The translations under genes were made by a program, and so were the position numbers. This document shows positions 1 through 11,651 of a stretch of DNA of 64,000 bases, one piece after another. The stretch is from assembly GCA_963828525.1 (NCBI GenBank), contig CAWHEP010000009.1, forward strand, positions 349,788-413,787, given 5' to 3'. Numbering within the stretch: position 1 is the first letter of the stretch; every line of letters starts with the position of its first letter. Below the pieces are notes generated by a model that worked only from the letters and a program-made list of their open reading frames with translations, did not search any database and had not been told where the DNA came from. This DNA comes from an uncultured Verrucomicrobiae bacterium (lineage in GTDB: Bacteria > Verrucomicrobiota > Verrucomicrobiia > Chthoniobacterales > Chthoniobacteraceae).

Positions 1-563
1 TACTCCGCATAGCCTTCATCCAGCCAGAGGGGGCATCCCGAGCCAAAGAAGCGATGCACGACAAGGTGCGTAATCTCGTGGCCCAGAGAACGTCCTTTGA
101 ATCTGAACTCGGGGTTGCGTTGTATGAACAGGTCGCCCTTCACGTGGATGCCGCCCGTCCATGGGTCGAGGGACGCCAGTTTCTGGAACGCCGTCCAATC
201 TTCCGGCTTCTCGAAGATATAAATGTGCGATTTCCGTTCCCATTGGCTGGTGTCTTTCTCCAGTTCCCTGGATATGACCCTATAGTAGTACTCGGCCTCC
301 ACCGAAACGGGAGTCGCAACGAACCCATGGGTGAAGTGGTAAACGAAGTTGGCGCTTTCTCCGTGTTTCCAAGTATCCGGATGGATTGAAAGCGCCGACT
401 GGCCGAGCGCCGAGATATTCTTGTCGGACAGCCCATCCAGCGTGACTTCCGTAATACCCTGCACGCCCCGCGGATCCGCGTCCGTTTGCGCGAGGATTGG
501 ATGCGCCGCGCGAGCGAGCGTGACCGCCAAAATGCAGGCGCGCATGAAAGAAGAGAACCTCAT
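1..563 (-). CDS. Secreted gluzincin/peptidase MA-like zinc metalloprotease (3' end runs off the window)
   Basis: Not in the ORF track because there is no stop codon in the window. Manual translation from ATG at 563 gives MRFSSFMRACILAVTLARAAHPILAQ (signal-peptide-like)...SLGHEITHLVVHRFFGSGCPLWLDEGYAE, i.e. HExxH plus the downstream PxWxxEG third-ligand motif. Confidence 0.8.
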   Translation of the reverse strand, partial: MRFSSFMRACILAVTLARAAHPILAQTDADPRGVQGITEVTLDGLSDKNISALGQSALSIHPDTWKHGESANFVYHFTHGFVATPVSVEAEYYYRVISRELEKDTSQWERKSHIYIFEKPEDWTAFQKLASLDPWTGGIHVKGDLFIQRNPEFRFKGRSLGHEITHLVVHRFFGSGCPLWLDEGYAE

Positions 564-776
564 GCGATCCCATAGAAGAATGATCCATGCCAGAGAAGGC
601 ATTAAGGAGCTTGAGCGAGTTCGCTCCAAAGCCGTAAGCTTTGCCGCAGAAGACGAAAGCAGCCTTGCCCATCTGGTTCTTCGTCCTCTCCGCTGAAGCC
701 AAATCAACGCTCAAAGCAGAAATTTCGCGCGTAACCGCGCCTCTGTGCGTCTTGCCGTAACAACACCCCCTCCGAA

Positions 777-3700
777 ATGAAAACGAAACTGCTCCTTGCC
801 TGGTCCCTCACCTTCTCAACGCTGCTTAACGCCGAAAATGAAATCGGCTTTATCGAGAAGTTCGCCCTCTCGCCGAACCGGGAAGCAGTGATGAATGAAT
901 TGATACCGGGAAGCGAGGATTACTACTTCTATCACGCGCTGCAGTATCAGAATACGAACCAGGAGGAAAAGCTTGCGGGCATCATGCGGCAGTGGGCCAA
1001 ACGCTTCCCGCGATCGGAGCAGCGACGGGTGATCGAAAATCGCTCGGCTCTTCTCAGGTATGACACTGATCCGACAGCGACGTTAAAGTTCCTGCGGGAT
1101 CGCTTGCATTTGCATTTTGATGATCAGCAGGAGACACGCAACAAGCGTCCAGATTTACCATGCACGCTGGATCAAGGGCGAGTGAGCCGCGCGGTATTTC
1201 TCCGGGAGGCGCTCCGGCGGAGCGATGATCTGAAGGAATGCTCGGATGAGACGCTGGAGAGACTGGTGAGGGACAAGACACCGCTAAGGACGGAGCAGGC
1301 GCGGGCGCTCCTGGCCCGAATAAAACGGCCAGATGTGCCAAACCTGATTGAATTGGCGGCAGAGGATCTGCAGTCGAAGGAGAGCCGCGGATTCGGAGAG
1401 TTCGACATCCACCGAGCGCTGCTGCCCGAGCAAATGGATGATCTCGCCCGCAGGATCCCATCGCTGCTTGAGAACACCGCCTTCATCACGGCTCGTATAG
1501 CGAAGATGGCGCCGGGCGCGGACGCGGACGCGGAGTTCGACCCCGCCGAGCGAGTGGCTTGGCTTGAGCGAGTATGGAGCTACACGAGCAAGCTGCCTCC
1601 CGCCTTCAACTCTCTCAAGGCGAATATATTATACCAGCGGTTGAAGCATGACCAGGGGCTGGGTGTTTACGATGAGAACAGGTTCCTGGAATACCTGAAG
1701 CTCCCCCGCCCAGAAGGGTATATGAACCCAAAGTATCTGATGGGGCATGAGCGAAACACGGTAGATCTGAATACAGACTATACGGGCGCAATGAGCACGG
1801 CCGTCCCGATTGGTGACGACGAGCGGCTTGCGCGCGATTTTTTCCTCCACATCTTCGAGAAAGCGGACGGAACCGCCGACCCGGCTGAAGTGCTGAAGCC
1901 CTGGACGCCGTACGCTCGCGAGAGCTGGCTGCGACCGATCCTGGCGGAGGCCATGATCACAAATGGAAAGGGCGAACCTGAACGGTGGGCTTCGCTGCTT
2001 TCGCCCAGCGCTTTCCAGGCTCTGAAAGATCGGGTGGATGTAGACTTCGCCGCGACAAACCCACAGTTCTGCGCGCCAGCGGACGGGGTGAAGATCGATG
2101 TTTCCGTGAAGAACGCGCCCAAGCTTATTGTAAGAGTTTACGAGATAAACACCCTCTCGTATTTCCTGACGCAAAAGCGCCAACTGAACACGGATCTGCA
2201 GTTGGACGGGCTCGTACCGAAGAGCGAAACCACCATAGATCTGGGCGGCGGGGAGAGCGACAATCCTTTCCGACGGGTGACGCGCTCCTCTGAGTTTCCC
2301 GAATTAAAAGGAAAAAGGGGGGCTTGGGTTATCGAGTATATCGGCGGCGGCAAATCAAGCCGGGCGCTGGTGCGGAAAGGGCACTGGTCTCTCATCCAGC
2401 GGATTGGACCTGCCGGTGACATGCTGACGGTTTTAGATGAGCAGCAAAACCCTGTGAAGGATGTTGTGGCATGGCTGGAGGGACGCAAGCTGCTCGCGGA
2501 CGCAAAAACCGGCTACATCGTAGTGCCGTTCGCTAAAGAGGCAGGCAGCAAGCAGATCATACTGGCAACGCCAGACGGAGAGTTCGCTACACTGGCGAAC
2601 TTCGCGCAACATACGGAGAATTACCGGCTGGACGCGCAGTTCCACATCGAACGCGAACAACTCATCGCGGGGCGCCAGGCAACACTGGCAGTCCGCGCCG
2701 CTCTGCTGATCGGAGATGAACAGACCTCGCTGGAGCTGCTGAAGCAAACAAAGCTGGCAATCACGTCCACAACGCTGGACGGCGTATCAACGACAGCGGA
2801 AATACCAGACCCGGTTCTGACAGAAGCGAAGACTTTCACTCATGTGTTTCAAGTGCCTGAGAGGCTCGCCTCGCTGTCCGTGACGCTGAACGGGAAGGTG
2901 GAGAATATCTCCAAAGGCGGGGAGAAGCAGGAGGTATCCGCCACTAGAACGTGGGAAATCAACGGAATCGACAGGACAGATGCGACAAGTGACGGACAAC
3001 TCAGCAAATTCGACAAAGGCTATGTCTTTGAACTGCTTGGAAAAAACGGTGAGCCAATCGCCAATCAGCAGGTTGTGTTCGACTTCACCAACCGGGGATT
3101 CACGGAACCTGAGCATATCGCGCTGAGGACGGATGACGCGGGACGCATACAGCTCGGCGCTCTCGCGGAGCTGAGCCGCGCGCAGGCGCGCCTGCCAAAC
3201 GGGAGAGTGAGGGATTGGGCGCTTGAAGATTCCGCGCGAACCTGGCCGACAACTATCCATGCCAATGCAGGTGACCCGATCGAAATACCGCGCGCCGGAG
3301 ACCCAGGGAGCTATTCCCTGCTGGAACAGCGCGGCGGGACATTTGTAGCGGACAAGAAGGAAGCTATCGAAGGCGCCGGTGGAGCAGAGCCGATGATCAA
3401 TGGATTGGCTCCCGGCGATTACTCGCTGCTGGCGCGGGATGCAGGGCTGCACGAAATCACGATCCGAGTAACGGCCGGGAAGCGGGCGCGGAACTGGATT
3501 GCGTCGCCGACACGCTCCCTGGAGGCGCGCGAGGGGTTACCTTTGCAGATCGCTGGAGCGCAAGTCGATGGCGACAGCGTGCGGGTGCGGATCGCCAACG
3601 CCGACCAGTTTACGCGAGTGCATATCGCGGCAACACGTTTTCTGCCCGGGACGGGTCTCTTTGAACTTGGGAGATTCGCGCGGTTCGAGCCGGGCTGGGG

Positions 3701-6700
3701 CACGCCCGACAAGCTGCCGAACCTCTTCGCGGCGGAGCGCGAGATCGGCGATGAGTATCGCTACATACTCGAACGCCGTGACACCAAGGCCTACCCAGGC
3801 AACATGCTGGCGAGGCCGGGGTTGCTGCTAAATCCCTGGGAAGAGCGTTCGACAGATCTCCACGCGCTTGAATCGATTGGAGGGGAGATTAGTTCTGCGA
3901 TGGGAGGAGCGCGCGCCGGACAATCGCAAGTTCCTTCCGCTATAGAGGGGTTTGGCATGGACGCAGCCCACGCGGCAGACGGAGCGGACATTGACTATTT
4001 GGCCAACACCGCTCCGGTGTTCTATAACTTAACCCCCGATGAAAACGGGATCGCTCATCTGGATCGCAAGGAGCTGGGAGACCGGCAGTATCTACAGATC
4101 GAGGTTGAGAACCTTACGGGCGCCGTGGAGAGAACAATGGCGCTTCCGGAGGTATTGACGAAGCTTCACGATCTGCGGCTGATGCTCAATCTGGACCCGG
4201 GCAAAACATTCACGGAGAAGAAGGAGGCGACACTCCTTGAAGCAGGCCAGAAAATCACGCTCGATAACATACTCACGAGCGACCTGGAGACTTACGACTC
4301 CCTGGCCTCAGTGCATGCTCTGTTCATGACGCTAAGCCATGATGAACGGCTCGCCAAATTCGGCTGGGTGCTGGACTGGCCAAAGCTGAAAGACGAGGAA
4401 AAGCGCGCGCGATATTCCGAGTATGCCTGCCACGAATTGAACGTTTTTCTTGCGCGAAAAGACCCGTCGTTTTTCACCAGTGTCATCGTTCCGCATCTGC
4501 GAAACAAAAAAGACAAAACGTTCATCGACGACTATCTCCTCGGCGCGGATATGAAGAGATACGCCGCTCCGTGGGCGTATGGCAGGCTGAATATCGCGGA
4601 GCGCTGCCTGCTTGCAGAGCGTCTGCCGGATGAAGCCGCAGCAACCGCCCGGCACCTGCGGGAACTTTGGGAGCTGCTGCCACCAAATCCAGAGCGCAAT
4701 AGCCAAATGTTTGACACGGCGCTTATGGGAGACGCGCTCTTCAAAGAGGACAAGAGCGGGCTGTCTGACGCGAGAAGAGGGCTGGTGGCAAGTAGCGAAC
4801 CTTCAACGCCGGTAGCAACGACCGCGCCGGCACCGGCGGGCTTCATAGCATACGGATCATCGCTCAAACGATCAAATAGCTATAGTGGATCAACCTCGAT
4901 CGCAGGAGGAGTGATCACGATGGGAGACTTAGCCCAGACCCCGCGGCAATTCAGGACCAAGGCGCGCCGGCCTTATTTGAGAGACGGAGTGGATGCGCCT
5001 GGGAACGAACAAAAAAATGAGCTTAGCATCGATGCGGACAGCGGCAGTCTGAATCACGAGGAGAGCAAGCGCCTCCGGACGGTGACTCGGCAGTTTTTCC
5101 GCGCGTTGGGACCTACAAAGGAGTGGGCTGAGAATAACTACTACGAACTGCCGCTATCACAGCAAGGGGCGGAGCTAATCACGATAAATGCTTTCTGGCG
5201 GGATTACGCAGGACGCGATCCGAAGACTCCGTTCCTTTCAACGCATGTAGCGGAAGCGAGCGGAAGTTTTTCGGAGATGATGCTCGCGCTGGCTGTTCTG
5301 GATCTGCCGTTTAACTCACCCAAAAATGTACAAAAGACAGAGGGGAGCCGATTTACCATGACGGCGGGCGGGCCGCTGATTGCATTCCACCGTGAAATCA
5401 AGCTGGCAGCGCCAGCCAGGGATCGCGAGGAGTTGCTTGTGAGCGAGAATTTCTATCGGCAGGGAGATCGCTACCGAGAAGAGGGAAACGAGCGATTTGA
5501 CAAATATGTCACGGAGGAGTTCCTGCCGGGAGTCGTGTACCGGAGCGAACATCGTGGTGACGAATCCTGGATCATCACCTCGAAAACTAGAGTTGCTGAT
5601 GCAAATCCCTCAAGGGGCGCTCCCGGTGCTCGGGAGCAAGGCCACGGACAGCAAAGCGCTACGGCTGGAGGCATGCACGACGAAGACCTTCGAATACTTC
5701 TTCTACTTCCCCACTGCGGGCGCGGAGGCCTTTCCTCACTACCCGGTGAGCGTGGCGCTCAATGAGGAAAGCGTGGGAGCGGCAAAACCAACGATGTTCA
5801 AGGTGGTGCGGGAGCTCTCCCGGATCGACAAAGCCTCATGGGATTACGTGTCGCAGGTACGGAAGCGACGAGGACGTATTTGGCTTTCTGGAGCAGACGA
5901 ATATCGAACGGATCAATCTGAGCCGGGTGGCCTGGCGGGCTCGCGGCAGCGTCGATTTCTTCCGAAAGCTGGTGACCCTGCTGGCGAAGCGGCATGTGTA
6001 TAACGATGCGCTTTACTCATACGGAGTCGCGCATAATGACACTGATTCCATGCGCGAGTGGTTGCGCCACCACGATGATTTTATCGCCCAATGCGGCCCC
6101 TGGCTGGACTGCAGCCTGATCAAGATCAATCCGATCGAGCGGCGCTCGTATGAGCATCTGGAATATTCGCCTCTTGTAAACCAGCGGTCGCGGCGCGTCG
6201 GAGCCGAGAACCAGATCGCGAATCCTGTGCTGCGGGCGCAATATCAAGCGCTGCTGAGGATCCTCGCGCATAAGCCAACTCTGGACGCGATCGATGAAAT
6301 GAGCCTGGTATACTATCTCTTTCTTCAGGATAGGGTGGGAGAGGCTCTGGAGAGATTCCACGCGGTAAAGGCAGAGGAATTGCCGACAAAATTGCAGTAT
6401 GATTATTTCCGCTGCTACGCGGCATTCTACGAGGAGCAACCGGCAGCGGCTCGATCCGTCGCAGAACAGTACGCGAATTACCCGGTGGATCGATGGAAGA
6501 CGCTATTCAGCGACGTAAGAGCTGAGGCGGATGAAGCGGAGGGAAAGGCGGGGCATGGCGAGGCGCCAGGGAAAGATCGCGAGGGGCGGCAAGCGGCGCT
6601 TGCGGCCACAGAGCCATCATTCGACTTCAAGGTGGAGGACGGAAAAATCTCGCTGGGGTGGAAGAACGCTGACGAGGTGAGAGTGAACTATTACCTGATG

Positions 6701-7267
6701 GATCCCGAGTTCCTTTTCAGCTCCAACCCTTTCGTCGCGCAGGATGCCGGACGTTTTTCTATTGTGAAACCCGGGAAGAGCGATCTTGTAAAGCTGCCAG
6801 CGGGCCGGGACGCGCTGGATCTGCCGCTGCCGCCTGAGTTCGCGAAAGCGAACGTGTTGATCGAGATTGTGGGCGCGGGGCAACGGAAAGCGCAAGCCTA
6901 TCACGCGAACACCCTTAAGCTGGCGTTGGCGGAGAACTATGGGCAGTTGGATTTGCGAGACCAGGGAGCAGGCAAGCCGGTGAGCAAGGCGTATGTGAAG
7001 GTATACGCCCGCTTAAAGGGCGGGACAGTGCGATTCTTCAAAGATGGCTATACGGATCTGAGAGGGAAGTTCGATTATGCGAGTCTGAATAGCAGCCAGT
7101 CCCCGGAGCCCGCTCCCCTCGGGAATGACGGTGAACAGGGCGGAGAAAACATGAATTATAAAATGCTCAAGCCGGAGGAGCTCAACAGCGTAGAAAAGCT
7201 GGCGATCCTGGTGATGAGTCCGGCGGATGGGACTGTTGTGCGGGAGGTGGATCCACCGGCGGAATAG
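777..7267 (+). CDS. Giant (~2,160 aa) secreted hypothetical protein, split by two +1 frameshifts (~5541, ~5857)
   Basis: ORFs 777-5765, 5497-6003 and 5762-7267 join by removing one base at each junction (GVVY|GANIVVTNP; WDYVSQ|YGSDEDVF). It has an N-terminal signal peptide and a C-terminal FFKDGYTDLRGKFDYASL motif. Confidence 0.8.
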
Positions 7268-7301
7268 CTTGGGCCGAGCTCCCGGCGGAGTAAGCCTCTG
7301 C

Positions 7302-8808
7302 TTACCAACCGCCGCCAAGCGATTTGATAAGTTGGACTGTGGCTTGAAGTTCCTGCCCCAACAACTGACGGCTTATGCGTTGGTCGGCCAAAAGAGTGCG
7401 CTGCGCCTCCAGGACGTCGAGGAAGTTAATCGCGCCCTTTTCGTATTGCTTCTGGCTTAGTTCCAGAGAGCGCCTGGCGGCTGCGCTGGCCTCCTGCTGG
7501 GCGTTCAGTTGCTGAGCCAGTGTATGCAAATCGAGAAGTGCCGTTTCGACTTCCTGGAAGGCAACCAGCACCTGCTTGCGATAGGCGGCGACTTGCTCAT
7601 CGTAGCGCGCCTGACTTCCTCTTAGATTGGCTATGATTCCGGCCTCCCTCGAAGATGGGGAGGCTGATACTCGGTCCGATCTGCCACACCCGGCTTTGCC
7701 ACGAGAAAAGACTGCCCACATCGGCGCTCTCCAGTCCGGCCAGACCCGTGAGCTTGATCTCAGGAAAAAATGCGGCCTTTGCCAAACCGACTCGAGCATT
7801 GGCAGCCGCGAGTTGCCGTTCCGCGGAAGCAATGTCGGGCCTTCTTTCGAGCAAGCGGCTTGGAAGACCCGTCGGAATGCGAGGCGGGTTGCTTCCCAGC
7901 ACTCCTCTGCCAAGCTGAAAAGCGCTGGCAGACTGTCCCGTCAGCGTCGCAAGGGCATTCTCCATTTCTCCGCGCGCCCGGCGGACACTGAATAGGTCTG
8001 CTTCGTTGCTGGCGGCCTCGGACTTGGCGCGCGCGACATCGAGTTCACCAGTCAAACCCGCGTCCAGACGTTCTTGCGCGATTTGCAACGCGTCCCGCCG
8101 TGTCTTGATGGTGCTCTCCAGAACGACAGTTTCCTCGTCCAGAGCGCGCAGGCTGAAATACGTTGACGCGACGTTTGCAGTCACACTGACAAGGGTGTTC
8201 TGGTAGTCAGCCACGCTCGCCTGGGCAGTGGCTCGCGCCGCCTCTGTGTTGCGACGCACCCTTCCGAAAAGATCGATCTCCCAGCTAAGATCCAGCGGAA
8301 GCCGGAAGAGGTTGTAGGTGCGGGTAAGCGGCTGATTATTCAGAACGAAATCTCCCGAATTTCCAGAAGCTCCGCTGCCAGACGGGCCGGCGAAGGGGTT
8401 GGGGCCAATCAGGCGACCCGTCTGATAAGGATCGGTGTTGCTGCTCCGCTGCCTGGTGGCACTCGGTTCTGCGGAAAGACTGGGCAAAAAGTCGGCTGCC
8501 GCCACGCGCGTTTGAGATTGCGCTTCCCTGATCCGGGCAATGGCTCCGGAGATGTCCTGGTTTTCATGCGCGGCATGATTTTCGAGTTCGTTGAGCGTGG
8601 AATCGTGAAATACCTCCCACCACGCGCCACGCGCCTCAAAGTCGCGCGGCTCGGCAACCTTCCACTTCCCGGCCTCACCAGAATTGTTCTTAAAGGAGCG
8701 GAGGGTTTCGCGCGGAGGACCTTTGTAGTCCGGCCCCACGGCACAGGAGGCGAGCAAACAAGCAACAGATGAAGCGCCCCAGAGCTTAAGGATTTTCCTG
8801 GCGCGCAT
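7302..8808 (-). CDS. NodT/OprM-family outer-membrane efflux lipoprotein (frameshift near 7635)
   Basis: Lipobox LASC followed by AVGPDY; WEIDLFGRVRR; LLERRPDIASAE. The C-terminal LIKSLGGGW is in the second frame (ORF 7302-7913). Confidence 0.9.
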
Positions 8809-8809
8809 G

Positions 8810-9920
8810 TCAGGGTTTGTCTCGCCCGGCCTCTTCGGGATGTCCGCTGACATCAATCTTCGGCTCCACAGACATGCCGGGAGCCAATCGAAGCAGGGCT
8901 CCAAGCGGCTCGTCGAAGACGATCTTGACGGGAACCCGCTGCACCACTTTCACGAAATTCCCTGTTGCGTTCTCGGCAGGCAGGAGGCTGAAGCGAGAGC
9001 CGGTGCCAAGTTGGAAGCTGTCCACATGGGCCTTAAGATTCAGGGAGGGAAAAGCGTCAACTTTGACCCGCACCGGCTGTCCGGCGCGCATGCGGGTAAG
9101 CTGTGTTTCCTTAAAATTCGCGGTGACCCAAACGTCGGGAAGCACGAGCGAACACATCGCCTGCGCCATCTGGACATAATCCCCTGTATCAACGCTTTTT
9201 CGCACGATGCGTCCATCCACAGCGGCTTGAATCCTCGTGTAGGAGAGCTGCAACTCAGCATCATGCACCACCGCTTCGGCAACGCGCGCGCTGGCGCTGG
9301 CTGAACCGGCCTGGGCTTCCGCGGCCTCGACGCTCGCGCGGATCGCCTCCGCATTGGCTCGCGCCGCTTGCGCCATCGCCTTCTGAGCGTCGAACGATGC
9401 CTTTGTTGTGTCCACCTCCTCCTTTGCGACCGCGCGAACATCCTTCTGAAAAAGGCTTTTGTTTCTGTTGAAGTTTATGCCAGCCACCTCGAACTGCGCC
9501 TCTTGCTGAGCGACTTGCGACTCCGCCTGAACGACCTGGGCTTTCGCCTGATCCATCTGCGCGAGCGCCTGCCGCACCTGGGCTCTCGCCTGGCCTAACT
9601 GCGCCTTCGCGCGTTCCAGCGCCGTTTCGTAATCACGCGGGTCCAGCTCCACCAACAAGTCTCCCTTCCTCACTTCGGAGTTGTCCGTGAAATGTACAGC
9701 GGTGACATGCGCCGCGATCTTCGGGCTAACCTGAATCACGTGCCCGTCAATAAAAGCGTCGTCAGTCGTCTCGAAGTTCCGCGTTCGCAGGTAATAGATC
9801 GTCCCTATAACAGCGCCAATCACGAACACCGCCAGGAGGATCAGCATCGGAGACCCCTTTTTCGGCGGCGCCACTGGCGTGGGATGGATCCTTGCGAGAC
9901 TCTGTTGTTTCCGTCGGCAT
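8810..9920 (-). CDS. emrA: EmrA/HlyD-family membrane fusion protein (start uncertain; possible frameshift near 9885)
   Basis: ETTDDAFIDG, VWVTANFKETQL and LLPAENATGNFVKVVQRVPVKI motifs; lies between the DHA2 MFS and NodT genes. Confidence 0.9.
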
Positions 9921-9935
9921 GATACGTTGTCGAAT

Positions 9936-11516
9936 CTAGTGCGCCATGGCTGCTTGTCCCGGCTTTCCGCGTTTGGCGAGCAGAAGCAGAGGCAGGACAA
10001 GTACGCAGGCAAGCGCCATGATGCCAATGGTATCTATATACGCGAGCACGGAAGCCTGCTGCTGGACGGACCGGTAAATCTGGCCGTAGGCCTGCTGCAT
10101 GGCGTCGGGCGCGCTTGCTCCCGCGCGCGCAAGACGGTGGCTGATGGTTGCGAAAGTTGCCCGGAATGGAGCGTCATAGTTCGTAATATGAGCGGCGAGG
10201 TAGTTCTGATGAACCTGCGCGCGTCGCGACAGCAAAGTAGCGGCGGCGGAGATGCCGATGCTGCCTCCGAGATTACGGAAAAGGTTGATCATCGCGGAGA
10301 CCTGATTCGCCTGCTGGGGAGCCACGCCGACGAACGAGATTGTATTTATCGGGACGAAAAGAAAGGCGAGCCCGACAGCCTGGTATATCCGGAAGAACAC
10401 CGCCGCGCGAAAATCTATGCCTGTGTATATGTTCATCATGTGGAAGAGCGATAAGGCGGTGGCGATAAATCCAAACGCTATCAGCTTCCTCGGGTCGACC
10501 CTCGACACCAGCCGGCCCACGATCGGCATGCAAAGGAGGACTGTGAACCCTCCCGGCGAGAGCACCATCCCCGCCTGTTCAGCCGTGTAGCCCATGATTG
10601 ACTGGAGAAACTCCGGGATGAGGACGGTGGTGCCAAAAAGAGCTGCTCCCAAAGTAAGCATCAGCACGTTTGAAACCGCAAAGTTCCGATTCTTGAACAG
10701 TCGCAGGTTCAATATGGGATGCTCCTGCCGCAGTTCCCAGATAACGAAGAAAGCCAGCGCCATGGCGGAGGTGACGGCGAATCCGACGATAAAGTGGCTG
10801 CTGAACCAGTCGTCCTCCTGCCCCTTATCCAGCACGACCTCCAAGCTTCCGAGACCGATCGCCACGAGGCCCGCTCCCATATAGTCGATCGACGCGCCCC
10901 GCACGGCCTTTTTCGTTTCCAAAACATGCGGGGGATCCTCCACCATATGCGAAGTCAAAAGCAGCGATATGATCCCGACGGGCACATTGATGAAGAAGAT
11001 CCAATGCCACGAGAAATTATCCGTGATGAAGCCGCCCAACGTTGGGCCGATCGCGGGCGCGAGAACGACGGCCATTCCATAAACGGCGAAGGCAGTGCCA
11101 CGCCGGGCCGGCGGGAAGGTATCCGCAAGGATGGTCTGCTCACTTGGGGCCAATCCACCGCCCCCAATGCCTTGCAGAACGCGGAAAAAAATGAGAACAG
11201 GCAGACTCGGGGCCAATCCGCAGAGAAAGGAACTGACGGTGAAAAGAGCCACCGAGATCATATAGAAACGCTTCCGTCCGATTCGGTCGGATATCCATGC
11301 GCTTAGCGGGAGCACGACGGCATTCGCGATGAGGTAGCTGGTGAGAACCCATGTCGATTCGTCGAGATCCGCGGCGAGGCTTCCGGCAATGTGCGGGAGG
11401 GCAACGTTTGCGATGGAGGTATCGAGAACCTCCATGAACGTGGCTATCGTGACCGTGAGCGCGATGGCCCATGGATTATGACGCGGCTTCCAAGGGGTTT
11501 CAGCGGGAGCGCTCAA
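9936..11516 (-). CDS. emrB: DHA2-family (EmrB/QacA) MFS multidrug efflux transporter
   Basis: FMEVLDTSIANVALPHIAG, WVLTSYLIANA and LDKGQEDDWFSS motifs; many hydrophobic segments. Confidence 0.93.
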   Translation of the reverse strand: MSAPAETPWKPRHNPWAIALTVTIATFMEVLDTSIANVALPHIAGSLAADLDESTWVLTSYLIANAVVLPLSAWISDRIGRKRFYMISVALFTVSSFLCGLAPSLPVLIFFRVLQGIGGGGLAPSEQTILADTFPPARRGTAFAVYGMAVVLAPAIGPTLGGFITDNFSWHWIFFINVPVGIISLLLTSHMVEDPPHVLETKKAVRGASIDYMGAGLVAIGLGSLEVVLDKGQEDDWFSSHFIVGFAVTSAMALAFFVIWELRQEHPILNLRLFKNRNFAVSNVLMLTLGAALFGTTVLIPEFLQSIMGYTAEQAGMVLSPGGFTVLLCMPIVGRLVSRVDPRKLIAFGFIATALSLFHMMNIYTGIDFRAAVFFRIYQAVGLAFLFVPINTISFVGVAPQQANQVSAMINLFRNLGGSIGISAAATLLSRRAQVHQNYLAAHITNYDAPFRATFATISHRLARAGASAPDAMQQAYGQIYRSVQQQASVLAYIDTIGIMALACVLVLPLLLLAKRGKPGQAAMAH

Positions 11517-11606
11517 GGAATGCGATCCAAAGTCGCTGGGCAGGAAGGTCCGGGCATCGCCTGTTTCATACGTTTTTACCTCGCCGGAAGTTGCCTCGGG
11601 TTCTGT

Positions 11607-11634
11607 TTGCCACCGCCCGACACCATCTTATATT
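11607..11634 (+). promoter_or_regulatory. Putative sigma70 promoter of the hybrid kinase
   Basis: TTGCCA-N16-TATATT, ending 17 nt before ATG 11652. Confidence 0.4.
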
Positions 11635-11651
11635 GAGCCTCGGGCTGAGGA

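Noticed and set aside
54..696. Plus-strand ORFs 54-389 and 349-696
   Set aside because: They are antisense shadows of the minus-strand HExxH peptidase.
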